From the IMG/VR virus record IMGVR_UViG_3300043173_000136, positions 1 through 36,647 of that record: a DNA stretch of 36,647 nt. One strand, written 5' to 3'. The position numbers were made by a program, and so were the translations under genes. Each line of letters starts with the position of its first letter. Position 1 is the first letter of the stretch. Source of the stretch: a virus (lineage: Duplodnaviria; Caudoviricetes). The notes beneath the pieces were generated by a model. It ran no database searches. It saw only the letters and a program-made list of their open reading frames with translations, and was not told the origin of the DNA. Positions 6,072 to 13,756 of the stretch are shown piece by piece.

Positions 6072-8249
6072 CTATTTTGTGTAGTACGGGCCGGATTCTA
6101 TTTCAACTGCTAGCGGTAACCCCTCGGCCCAATCGGATTTAGCTAACATTTCTTTTTTAAGTACGCGCTTGGCCTCGGCGACGTCGCGAGTATCGCACTC
6201 GGCTACGATTTCGTCGTGCGTATGTAGTACCGTTCGCAACGTGTTAAACGTGTAAAATTCATCCTCTAAAATGTATAACGTTTCGCGCAGTAACGAGGCC
6301 GCCGTAGCTTGGGTATTGTTTTCGGCGAGCACGCCGTACCACAATTCGACACGCGCAGCGCCCGAGCCAAACCCTTTAATAAATGTAGTACGCACGCGCG
6401 TTACCTCGCGCCCTTTGTCGTCTAGCTCGATATATTTTTCGTGTTTGAATTGCGGGTAAACGAGCCAGCGACCGCAAGGTAATTCGCAAACGAGCGTGCC
6501 GCGCATAAGCGCCGGCAAGTACCCGTATTTAACTCGGCCGGCGGCGTACCATGTGCCGGGGTTTTTAAATGCTGATATGGCCGCCGTCCATAGCTCGGAC
6601 CAATACGCCCGCGCCCAAGGATTGTTAATGCGCCAGGTGTCTACAATCCGTTGCTTATCGTCCTCGGGTATGGTGACGCCGTAGCCTCGCCCCATAGACG
6701 TCAGAGCGCCCACGGCGCCGCCAAATTGCAAGGCTAATTCTTGCACCTTGCCGACTTGGCGCTCGCTCTTAGACACTTGTGAGGGGTGCGTATGCCCATA
6801 AACGGGCATGGCGGCCAATTCGTACACGGGGGCGCCCGAGGCGTATAGCTCGACTTTACGGGCGGCTAGTGGGCTATCCGCGAGCCAGGGCATAACCCGG
6901 CCCTCTATCTGCCCCCAATCGCCCCAAACGAGCGTTTTACCGGGCCCGGCTACGAATGTAGGCCGTATGAGACGGGCCAGGAGTCGCGACACGGGCAAAT
7001 CGTAAAGGGTGCGCAGCGTTTCGGCCGGGGCGCCGGCTAGTATGTCGTCGATAGCGTCTAGCGCTCGGTCAGAGTTAGCAGGATCGAGCGGCGCGCGAAT
7101 CATGTTATGGGTCTGGATACCGCGCGACGAATAGCGCCCGGTTTGGCCGGCGCCGTTAAACGAATACATACCGTGCACGCGCCCGCCGTGCTCGTGGTTG
7201 GCTATCGCCGCGAATTTACGCACGGCCGCCGAATTGCCGGCCTCGATAATCTCTAGGAATTGCTCGATACGCGCGGCGTGCTCGGGCTCGAATAGCTCGG
7301 CGTGCTCGGGCACGGCCAACAAATCTAATACGGCCTCGCGCGTTGGTCGGTCGCATGAATACCGGTCGGGCCCGTCCGTTTTCTTAGGCGGTCGCCATAC
7401 GACGCCCTGTAATTCCTCGTCGCGCCATAACCATTCATGTAGCCATAGCGCTTTGCGTTTGTGATTGTTGACGCTAAACACGGGGCCGAATAAATCGCCA
7501 TTAGCATTGCGCGCCGTGTCGGGCAAAATTTCATGCGCCGCGAGTAGCAATTGCTCTAGCTCGGCGTCGAGTTCGGCTTGCTCGGCCGAGGCAAACTTAG
7601 CCGCCGCCGCTGCGAATTCGTAGTCTACTGCTACGCCACGGTCGTTAATCCGCTCGCTAGCGTGGAATTCTGCCCACTCGGGCGCGGTTAATGGCCGCGT
7701 GTATTGCCATACGTCGCGCATTGCGAGGGTATCGTACAAACCGTACGCCCGGTACTCGCCCATTTTCTCGCGCAACGCTACCGGGGCGAATTTCCGGCGG
7801 TCCATATCAACGCTTAGTAATTGAATTAATGCGGCGCCGCTCTTTTTCTTTTTGTAGTCGGTGCCAAGGGTTTCGCACGCCTTACCGAGCGCGCCAGGTA
7901 GGTTATTGGCCTCGCCTTGGGCTTGGGCGCATAACCATTGCTCTAGTTTTATCTCGGGCCAACCGTAAAGCCGGGGCATGATCGCATTGTAAATATTGCG
8001 ATCAAAAAACGAATTCCACGCGACGAGGTAGCCGCCGTTTTCTATGTGGTCGAGTAGCGCGGTCGGCTCGGCGTCGGGCTTGCCGGCCCACGCCCACGGC
8101 GGCGACCATAGTTGGCCGGGCGCGTCGTCGAGCGCATAAGACCATATTAAAACGTCGGTACTATGGTGCTCGGCGTATTTTTTAGCGCCGACTATAGTAA
8201 GGTCGAGACGCGAAAGCGTCTCGGCATCGAGAAATGCAAAGGTAGCCAC
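6072..8249 (-). CDS. polA: Phage DNA polymerase, family A, with 3'-5' exonuclease
   Basis: Exo I LDAET; AWNSFFD; GQTGRYSS; motif A DWGQIEGRV; motif B RQVGKVQELALQFG; motif C HTHDEI. Confidence 0.93.
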   Translation of the reverse strand: MATFAFLDAETLSRLDLTIVGAKKYAEHHSTDVLIWSYALDDAPGQLWSPPWAWAGKPDAEPTALLDHIENGGYLVAWNSFFDRNIYNAIMPRLYGWPEIKLEQWLCAQAQGEANNLPGALGKACETLGTDYKKKKSGAALIQLLSVDMDRRKFAPVALREKMGEYRAYGLYDTLAMRDVWQYTRPLTAPEWAEFHASERINDRGVAVDYEFAAAAAKFASAEQAELDAELEQLLLAAHEILPDTARNANGDLFGPVFSVNNHKRKALWLHEWLWRDEELQGVVWRPPKKTDGPDRYSCDRPTREAVLDLLAVPEHAELFEPEHAARIEQFLEIIEAGNSAAVRKFAAIANHEHGGRVHGMYSFNGAGQTGRYSSRGIQTHNMIRAPLDPANSDRALDAIDDILAGAPAETLRTLYDLPVSRLLARLIRPTFVAGPGKTLVWGDWGQIEGRVMPWLADSPLAARKVELYASGAPVYELAAMPVYGHTHPSQVSKSERQVGKVQELALQFGGAVGALTSMGRGYGVTIPEDDKQRIVDTWRINNPWARAYWSELWTAAISAFKNPGTWYAAGRVKYGYLPALMRGTLVCELPCGRWLVYPQFKHEKYIELDDKGREVTRVRTTFIKGFGSGAARVELWYGVLAENNTQATAASLLRETLYILEDEFYTFNTLRTVLHTHDEIVAECDTRDVAEAKRVLKKEMLAKSDWAEGLPLAVEIESGPYYTK

Positions 8250-8325
8250 GAAAAAATAGCGGCGGCACTACTGGTGCCCGGTCAACCGTGCGGGAAACCC
8301 GATACGAGTAGGCCGCCCCTATCCC

Positions 8326-9126
8326 CTAGCCCGCTGCGCGTCGTCGTCGTCGTGTCGGGGCCGTGGTCGGCTTTTCCTCGGCGGCCGGTGCCGCTGCGCC
8401 TCGTCGTCGCCGGCGATTGGTTACCGGCGGCGCGTCAGACTCGCCGCTCGTAGTTTCGGCGGCGGCCTCGGCGGCGGCCTCGGCGGCGGCCTCGGCTATG
8501 GTTTGCTCGGGTTCGCTGGCGTTGCCGTCGGCCTCGGGCTCGTCGGTCGTGCCGTCGTAGCTTACCCATTTTTTGATTTCGAGAATCGGCGTAAAGATTT
8601 GGCCGTAGGTTTTGTGCACGTACGAATCGCAATCGAATTCGATAACCGGTACGCAATTTGTCGGGTCGGTCTGCAATTGCGTAATCAGCGTGTTAATCAA
8701 TTCCTTAACCGCGTTGCGCAAACCGATAGACGTACCTTTGTAGAGCACGACGGTGCCGATATCCTCGCCGTTCATGCACTGTAATTGCATAGATACTTGT
8801 TGCTGCCAGGTGCGGCCAAGGTCGGGTAACTCACCAAGCGGCGGCGCGGTTTGATTGAAAGGCACCATACGCTCGTCAAGTAGTTCGCCGTCGCCCCAAC
8901 AAGCGAAACCGTGCATAAGGCTAGCCGGATTTAGCGCCCATAGGCTAGATTCCTCGGGCTCGATATTCTCGGGGCCGTAGGCGAATACGCCAGATTTGAG
9001 CAAGCGCAAAAGCGGTAGCCCGCCGGTTGTGCTTATGAGAGATTGGCCGACGTTGGTAAGGCCGGCTATTAGGTCCTCGGGATTCGCCGGCATACCGGCG
9101 CCCCCGAATTTTACGAGGTCGTTCAT
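8326..9126 (-). CDS. Putative single-stranded DNA-binding protein
   Basis: Occupies the SSB slot between the DUF2800 nuclease and PolA; beta-rich core with DSY-x-H-x-x-YG-x-I-x-x-P; low-complexity tail. The function is inferred from synteny. Confidence 0.55.
   Translation of the reverse strand: MNDLVKFGGAGMPANPEDLIAGLTNVGQSLISTTGGLPLLRLLKSGVFAYGPENIEPEESSLWALNPASLMHGFACWGDGELLDERMVPFNQTAPPLGELPDLGRTWQQQVSMQLQCMNGEDIGTVVLYKGTSIGLRNAVKELINTLITQLQTDPTNCVPVIEFDCDSYVHKTYGQIFTPILEIKKWVSYDGTTDEPEADGNASEPEQTIAEAAAEAAAEAAAETTSGESDAPPVTNRRRRRGAAAPAAEEKPTTAPTRRRRRAAG
8456..8496. repeat. 12-bp tandem repeat (3+ copies) encoding EAAA repeats
   Basis: TCGGCGGCGGCC x3 plus a partial copy. Confidence 0.85.
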
Positions 9127-9149
9127 GTTTCCTATCCCCTGTTTGCTGT

Positions 9150-10385
9150 TTATGTTTCCTGTTTACCGTCGGGCATTGCGTTAGCCAGCAATGCGAACGA
9201 ATCGACCACGGCGGGCCGGTTATCGTCGTCGGGCACGACGGTAACGCCCGACGATTTAGACGCTACCATATACTCGATATCCTTGTATACGTCTTTCGAT
9301 AGCTTTTCGATTTGCGTTGGCGACTTCAATTTAGGCGCTACGTTCATATCTTTAACTTTTACCTTGTGCTTTTTCAATTCCTCGCGTACTTTAATCTCGG
9401 TCGCTATCCATTGACGTTTTCCGCGCTTGGCGACGAGTTTATAACCGGGAATCGTGGCGCCTACCTCTAGCTCGCGTTGCGCCAGGGCGAAAACGTCAGT
9501 AATCCACGACTTTAAAAGCAACGCCATATCGAGCGCTTGGTTTAGCTCGGGTGCCGTCATTGTCGTAAGTTGCGTACCGAGCGCCACAATAGCGGCCTCT
9601 TTATGTAGCGGGCACGTTGGCACCTTAGCCTTGCAAAAATGGCAATGCTCGCCGGCTTTAAGCGTGGCGTTTGGCTTTAGCGAGGCGTCGGCGGCGTTTA
9701 CTGCAAGGTCTACGAAAGTCTCGATATACGCCGTGTCGGTTTCCCACGTTTGCCGTACTTGGTCGAAACCCTCACGAGGTTGCACGATATGAAATATGAC
9801 GCGGTTAATATCGTCGCAGAATTCTTTTACTTCGGGGTCCTCGTCGTAGAGCGCGCCGGCGGCGTAAAATGATAATTGCATATTGGCTTTAACCGCTACC
9901 GGTATGCCGTCGCCGAATTTCCAATCTAAAATATGTATGTTGCGGGCGCTATCCTTACCGAGAATATCGACGGTGCCAAACGCTTTCGGTATTACCGAGT
10001 CGAGCGATACCCGTTGCTCGATAAACCAATCATCTATGTTGTACTCGTCGCGGATTTCTACCCAGGCCGCCCACGCCGGCGCTACTTTCGCGTCGATTTG
10101 ATCCTCGGTTATTTCCCAAGCGTCGCCGAAACCTAAGTTTTGGCCTACGAGGTCGTTAAACAAATTAGCGAGTTCGCTATCGTTTTGCGGGTCGGCGGTT
10201 AAAATCAATTCCATAGCCGCATGGAAAACGTTGCCTTGTATTGCATAGTCGCTATCCGGCGGGTCGGGTAGCTCGCGCTCTAATTCGTACGAGCCGTTAC
10301 AGTTGATACGTCGGGCCGCGTTCGAGCCGCCCATAACGCCGCTATGTTTCGTAGCGGGGATTAATTGTTGCTGTGATTCACTCAT
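9150..10385 (-). CDS. DUF2800 / Cas4-like PD-(D/E)XK exonuclease
   Basis: GGS-x-A-x-R-x-x-x-C-x-GS, G-x-x-x-H, FGTVD, ILDWKFG, Q-L-x-x-YA, HCHFCKAK…C, PGYKLV. Confidence 0.87.
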   Translation of the reverse strand: MSESQQQLIPATKHSGVMGGSNAARRINCNGSYELERELPDPPDSDYAIQGNVFHAAMELILTADPQNDSELANLFNDLVGQNLGFGDAWEITEDQIDAKVAPAWAAWVEIRDEYNIDDWFIEQRVSLDSVIPKAFGTVDILGKDSARNIHILDWKFGDGIPVAVKANMQLSFYAAGALYDEDPEVKEFCDDINRVIFHIVQPREGFDQVRQTWETDTAYIETFVDLAVNAADASLKPNATLKAGEHCHFCKAKVPTCPLHKEAAIVALGTQLTTMTAPELNQALDMALLLKSWITDVFALAQRELEVGATIPGYKLVAKRGKRQWIATEIKVREELKKHKVKVKDMNVAPKLKSPTQIEKLSKDVYKDIEYMVASKSSGVTVVPDDDNRPAVVDSFALLANAMPDGKQET

Positions 10386-10771
10386 TGGGTTTGTATCCTT
10401 CCAGCTTGTATGTGTTCGGCGGTTATTTTTTCTACGTAGGCGACAATTAATTGCTTAAATCCCGCTGATAACGCCTCGCCTTTAACGACGCCAATACCAA
10501 GCAAGCGCGTACGCGGGTCGCCGGTATCGGTTAGGCCAATAACGTGCATTTCGTAGATTTGTTTTTCGTGCATTACCTCGGGGTCGAGTTGGCCGCTGTC
10601 ACGTAGCGGTTTAATGTAGTCAGGCCGGCGCAGTTCAAAAAACCCCGCGTCGCGCTTCACTTTGATAACTTGCCCGCCGGCAACGCCGCCGACGATAACG
10701 CAATCTAGCAAACGGTCGGGCGCCGAGTGCTTGGCTACTTTGGCCTTAATTTCTATAACTTTATCCGACAC
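10382..10771 (-). CDS. Hypothetical protein
   Basis: Long ORF coupled to both neighbours by start/stop overlaps. Confidence 0.7.
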   Translation of the reverse strand: MSDKVIEIKAKVAKHSAPDRLLDCVIVGGVAGGQVIKVKRDAGFFELRRPDYIKPLRDSGQLDPEVMHEKQIYEMHVIGLTDTGDPRTRLLGIGVVKGEALSAGFKQLIVAYVEKITAEHIQAGRIQTQ

Positions 10772-11247
10772 TAGGCGTATAGATTTTTAGGCGGCGAGAC
10801 GCCCATATCGACGCCGATAAATACCGGCCGCCGGATTCTCGACGGCACGCTAGCGAGCCAATTATCGACTTTATTCTGCAATTCCTCGCGGAATGTTTTA
10901 AATGGCAGCAGTTCGCCGTCGAGTAACGGCCGGCTATTACCGTACCCGTCGGTTACCATAGGCGGCGGTATTCGGTCCTCGATCCATTGGTGACCGCTGA
11001 TACCGCCTATGTTTGATTGCCCGAGCCCGCCGCCAAACGCGTTACCGAGGCCGGCGAGCCCGCCTAGTTGGTTGCTCATATCTTGCTGCATGGCCTGGCC
11101 GCGCGCGTCTACTTGCGCGCGTAAAATTTCACTCGTTCGGCGTTGCGCCTCGGCTTGCGTTGCAAATTCCGGCATTACGCCCATTTTTCTACCGTACGTC
11201 CTTCGCAAATAGTCGTCTGTAAAATAATCTTGCGGCGGCATTGCCAC
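10771..11247 (-). CDS. Hypothetical protein (Gly-rich middle)
   Basis: TAGTG-type overlaps with both neighbours. Confidence 0.65.
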   Translation of the reverse strand: MAMPPQDYFTDDYLRRTYGRKMGVMPEFATQAEAQRRTSEILRAQVDARGQAMQQDMSNQLGGLAGLGNAFGGGLGQSNIGGISGHQWIEDRIPPPMVTDGYGNSRPLLDGELLPFKTFREELQNKVDNWLASVPSRIRRPVFIGVDMGVSPPKNLYA

Positions 11248-11603
11248 TAGCCGGCGAGGCCGTCTAGCTTAACCTTAATTTCTGGCAGCCTGGCGAGTAT
11301 TTGGCCGTACATATCTTTTAGCTCGGTGTTTCGCGTTTCAAGATTTTTTTCTACTTTGTCGCGGTAGTCGTCTTTAACGGCGGCGATAGCTTTTTGTTGC
11401 TCGCCCTCTAACTCGACTTTTTTACGTTCGAGTTCGATATCGTTTTTTTCCTCGTTGATTTTTACAAGGTGCCGTATGTCCTCGTCAGCGTGCTTTGCCT
11501 CTTGTTCGAGGTCGCGAATTTTGCGCTCTTTTCCCTCGATAGTATTATCGAGTTCGGTAACGCGCTCTTTTAGCGTAACTATTTCTTTTCGGTTTCCAAA
11601 CAT
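11247..11603 (-). CDS. Coiled-coil hypothetical protein
   Basis: E/K-rich heptad pattern; AAGGA RBS. Confidence 0.75.
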   Translation of the reverse strand: MFGNRKEIVTLKERVTELDNTIEGKERKIRDLEQEAKHADEDIRHLVKINEEKNDIELERKKVELEGEQQKAIAAVKDDYRDKVEKNLETRNTELKDMYGQILARLPEIKVKLDGLAG

Positions 11604-11616
11604 AGCGAGTGTTTCC

Positions 11617-11862
11617 TTATGGGTTAATTCTGGCGGCGGCGTCGCCTTTCAATTCGTCGGCGGCCTCACGTACTAGCGTCTCGACAATCACGCGCCGGCT
11701 ACGCTTATTTATCTTGCACAGTCTATCGAGTTCGGCGATAAAGTCGGTGCCCATTCGCAGCACGACGCTACGCACTTTCGAGGCCGGGCGAGTGCCTGGC
11801 CGGCGGGGCGTGTTGTCGGCGGGTTTTACGTGCTTGCGTACTCGTCGATTGGCGGCGACCAT
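11617..11862 (-). CDS. Ribbon-helix-helix (CopG/Arc-like) DNA-binding protein
   Basis: VRSVVLRM-x-x-x-x-x-x-ELDRLC-x-x-x-x-RSR-x-x-IVETLVRE; first gene of the leftward operon; GAGGT RBS. Confidence 0.7.
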   Translation of the reverse strand: MVAANRRVRKHVKPADNTPRRPGTRPASKVRSVVLRMGTDFIAELDRLCKINKRSRRVIVETLVREAADELKGDAAARINP

Positions 11863-11951
11863 ATGCTATACCTCGGGGTTGCAATTGATATACAAAACGT
11901 GCCAGAATGATAGCACGACGACATAAACAAAGGCAACGGGAGCATATAAGC
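11863..11951. promoter_or_regulatory. Divergent promoter region
   Basis: Short intergenic stretch between divergent operons. TTGCAA-18 bp-(TGC)CAGAAT on +; GTGC-N10-GCAC inverted repeat over the putative -10. Confidence 0.45.
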
Positions 11952-12167
11952 ATGAGAATTCGCCACAAGTACAAAGTGCACGGCCTCGACTCGGTAAATA
12001 GCGAACACCCTCGCGCGTCGAATTCGACGTTTTACGAAACCGAGGCCGACGCAATCGCTCGTGCTAAAGAGTGTATTCGCAACGGGTGTAACGGCATTGT
12101 CATTTATCAGGCTATTCACATTGTAGTACCGACGACGCCGGCGGTCGAATTTCTCGACCCCGAGTAA
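11952..12167 (+). CDS. Hypothetical protein
   Basis: GGGAG RBS before ATG 11952 (MRIRHKYKV…). Confidence 0.7.
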   Translation: MRIRHKYKVHGLDSVNSEHPRASNSTFYETEADAIARAKECIRNGCNGIVIYQAIHIVVPTTPAVEFLDPE

Positions 12168-12173
12168 TACAAA

Positions 12174-12443
12174 ATGAGAAAACGTAGCGGCTTTGTAACG
12201 CTAACCAGCACGCCCGACCAAGATTTAACGCACGCCCGCGAGTTGTTGCTAGCCGACCCAAAGGTACTCTATAAGAAAGTATCGCGGCTCGCGGCGACTA
12301 ACGGCCCGCAAGCCGAGGCGCTTTTTACCCTGGCGGCCGGTAAAAAATTCGACTACACGCCGGATAGTTGGAAAATCGTAATCGACCGCCTCGACAATTG
12401 CGAGGCCAAGGTCGGCGATTGGCTAGAGGCGTTAGGCAAATGA
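12174..12443 (+). CDS. Hypothetical protein
   Basis: In-operon ORF with ATGA overlap to the next gene. Confidence 0.7.
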   Translation: MRKRSGFVTLTSTPDQDLTHARELLLADPKVLYKKVSRLAATNGPQAEALFTLAAGKKFDYTPDSWKIVIDRLDNCEAKVGDWLEALGK

Positions 12444-12655
12444 GCAAGGCAGTAATAACCCGTACCGGTATTTTCGATTGCCAAGTGTGCGTACCGAAAA
12501 CGTATACCGACGAGCAAGTATTAGATTTGGTGGAAAGGCAATACGAAATGCGCGGCGGCGTGCGTCGCGAGGGCGACAAAATGCTAGGCGGCGACCCCGA
12601 GCGCGCGCAATGCACCAAGTACCCCGAAAATTGCCACATAGTTGTAGACGTATGA
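12440..12655 (+). CDS. Small hypothetical protein (QVCVP…GDPER-x-x-C…H)
   Basis: ATG 12440 overlaps the upstream TGA; ATGA coupling downstream. Confidence 0.7.
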   Translation: MSKAVITRTGIFDCQVCVPKTYTDEQVLDLVERQYEMRGGVRREGDKMLGGDPERAQCTKYPENCHIVVDV

Positions 12656-12849
12656 GCGCTTGCGAATATTGCACCATGCCCGATTGCGATTGCGTCGAAC
12701 GTATGCAATGCAAGAAAGCCGGCGAGATTGGGCATTTATGTTGCGGCGTTTGTATGCACGCCCTGGCCGGTACCGTACCTAAATTCCAATGTGCACTTTG
12801 TATAACGGAAGCTATCGCCACTCTTGAAAGGAATACTCGCCATGAATAA
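12652..12849 (+). CDS. Cys-rich small protein
   Basis: ATG 12652 overlaps the upstream stop; MSACEYC…CDC…C-x-x-AG-x-x-GHLCCGVC…CALC. Confidence 0.65.
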   Translation: MSACEYCTMPDCDCVERMQCKKAGEIGHLCCGVCMHALAGTVPKFQCALCITEAIATLERNTRHE

Positions 12850-13048
12850 ATGTAGATTTTGCGCCGAGCCCGTCGTATTTGAATACTTGAAATGCTGCCG
12901 GCAATGTTACGCCGGCCTCGCCTACTGGCGCGGCCGAGGCCAGCGCGACAAGCGCAAACGCGCCAAGCAATTAGTAAAACTCGGTAAGCGTATGAGTCAC
13001 TTGATCGACTCGCCCCTATCAGTGCCACGGAAAAGGAAACGTAAGTAA
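12842..13048 (+). CDS. Small basic Cys-containing protein
   Basis: AAGGA RBS before ATG 12842; CRFC…CCRQC followed by an Arg/Lys-rich helix. Confidence 0.65.
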   Translation: MNKCRFCAEPVVFEYLKCCRQCYAGLAYWRGRGQRDKRKRAKQLVKLGKRMSHLIDSPLSVPRKRKRK

Positions 13049-13419
13049 TGTATTCGATTACAATTAAAAATCTAACCGGCAAACAAATGCTTGCGCTAGT
13101 TGACGTCATACCCCACGCGTTCGAGGTTCAATTAAAACGCGACGGGCAAACCGTTTTGCCGAGTCTCAAAGGCAAAAAGCGCGGCGCTCGCGTCGAGCCT
13201 GGCGTACTTATAATGCTTGGCGACGTCAAACCGAAACCCGGTACCCGGCTCGCAACGGTTTGCGACACGCTCGAAAAAATGGAGGCTAAAGGCGGCGTGG
13301 GCAATTACGCCCGCACGCAATTAACGGCCAAGTGTCGTAAAATTGCCGGGTTAAAGGGGCCGCCGGGCGCAATAATTACACAAGCGATTACGCTCGGCAT
13401 GATAAAGCGAGCGCCGTAA
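13048..13419 (+). CDS. Hypothetical basic protein
   Basis: TAATG coupling at both ends. Confidence 0.7.
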   Translation: MYSITIKNLTGKQMLALVDVIPHAFEVQLKRDGQTVLPSLKGKKRGARVEPGVLIMLGDVKPKPGTRLATVCDTLEKMEAKGGVGNYARTQLTAKCRKIAGLKGPPGAIITQAITLGMIKRAP

Positions 13420-13496
13420 TGGACGATATAGAAGCAATCCGAAATATATTACTGATATGGTTTTTCGTATGGGCGTGTTACCGGCCGTCGCACTAG
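13419..13496 (+). CDS. Possible 25-aa hydrophobic peptide (MDDIEAIRNILLIWFFVWACYRPSH)
   Basis: The ATG overlaps the upstream TAA (TAATG) and fills the gap to the next gene; too short for the ORF track. Confidence 0.4.
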   Translation: MDDIEAIRNILLIWFFVWACYRPSH

Positions 13497-13507
13497 ACTT
13501 TGCCCCC

Positions 13508-13756
13508 ATGCGCGACGCGCTCGGGGCCAACTGTCCGACGCCGAGTAAAGTTATATTTGCCTCGCAAGAAACGGCCGAGCGCCGGGCCGGCGAGCTAGGC
13601 TTTAGGGCGTACTTATGCTTGTGCAACCGCTGGCACCTAACTAGCCAAATCGAATACGAGGACCCGCGCGACGGGTATACGTGCCCGGTTTGCGGTTTGC
13701 CTTGCGACGAATATTCGTCGTGCGGTTGTTACGAGGATTTACATTACGGTGCTTGA
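13508..13756 (+). CDS. Small Zn-binding hypothetical protein
   Basis: C…K-x-x-F…A…RAY-x-C-x-C-x-x-WHLTS motif, common in small phage proteins, plus CPVCG-x-x-C…CGC. The start is uncertain (13457 or 13508). Confidence 0.6.
   Translation: MRDALGANCPTPSKVIFASQETAERRAGELGFRAYLCLCNRWHLTSQIEYEDPRDGYTCPVCGLPCDEYSSCGCYEDLHYGA

Noticed and set aside
6715-6765. PolA motif B with Leu at the 762-equivalent position and FG instead of YG
   Set aside because: Such variants occur in this phage PolA group, and all catalytic acidic residues are intact.
8250-8325. tRNA-like element (about 75 nt, branched, contains GCACCA)
   Set aside because: No T-loop GTTCRA, D-loop or 7-nt anticodon loop; treated as an mRNA leader structure instead.
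9150-10385. Cas4 as evidence of a CRISPR system
   Set aside because: It is the DUF2800-type nuclease routinely found with SSB and PolA in phage replication modules.
10771-10830. FIGVDMG resembling a terminase/RNase H catalytic strand
   Set aside because: An isolated 7-residue match at a C-terminus without the rest of the fold.
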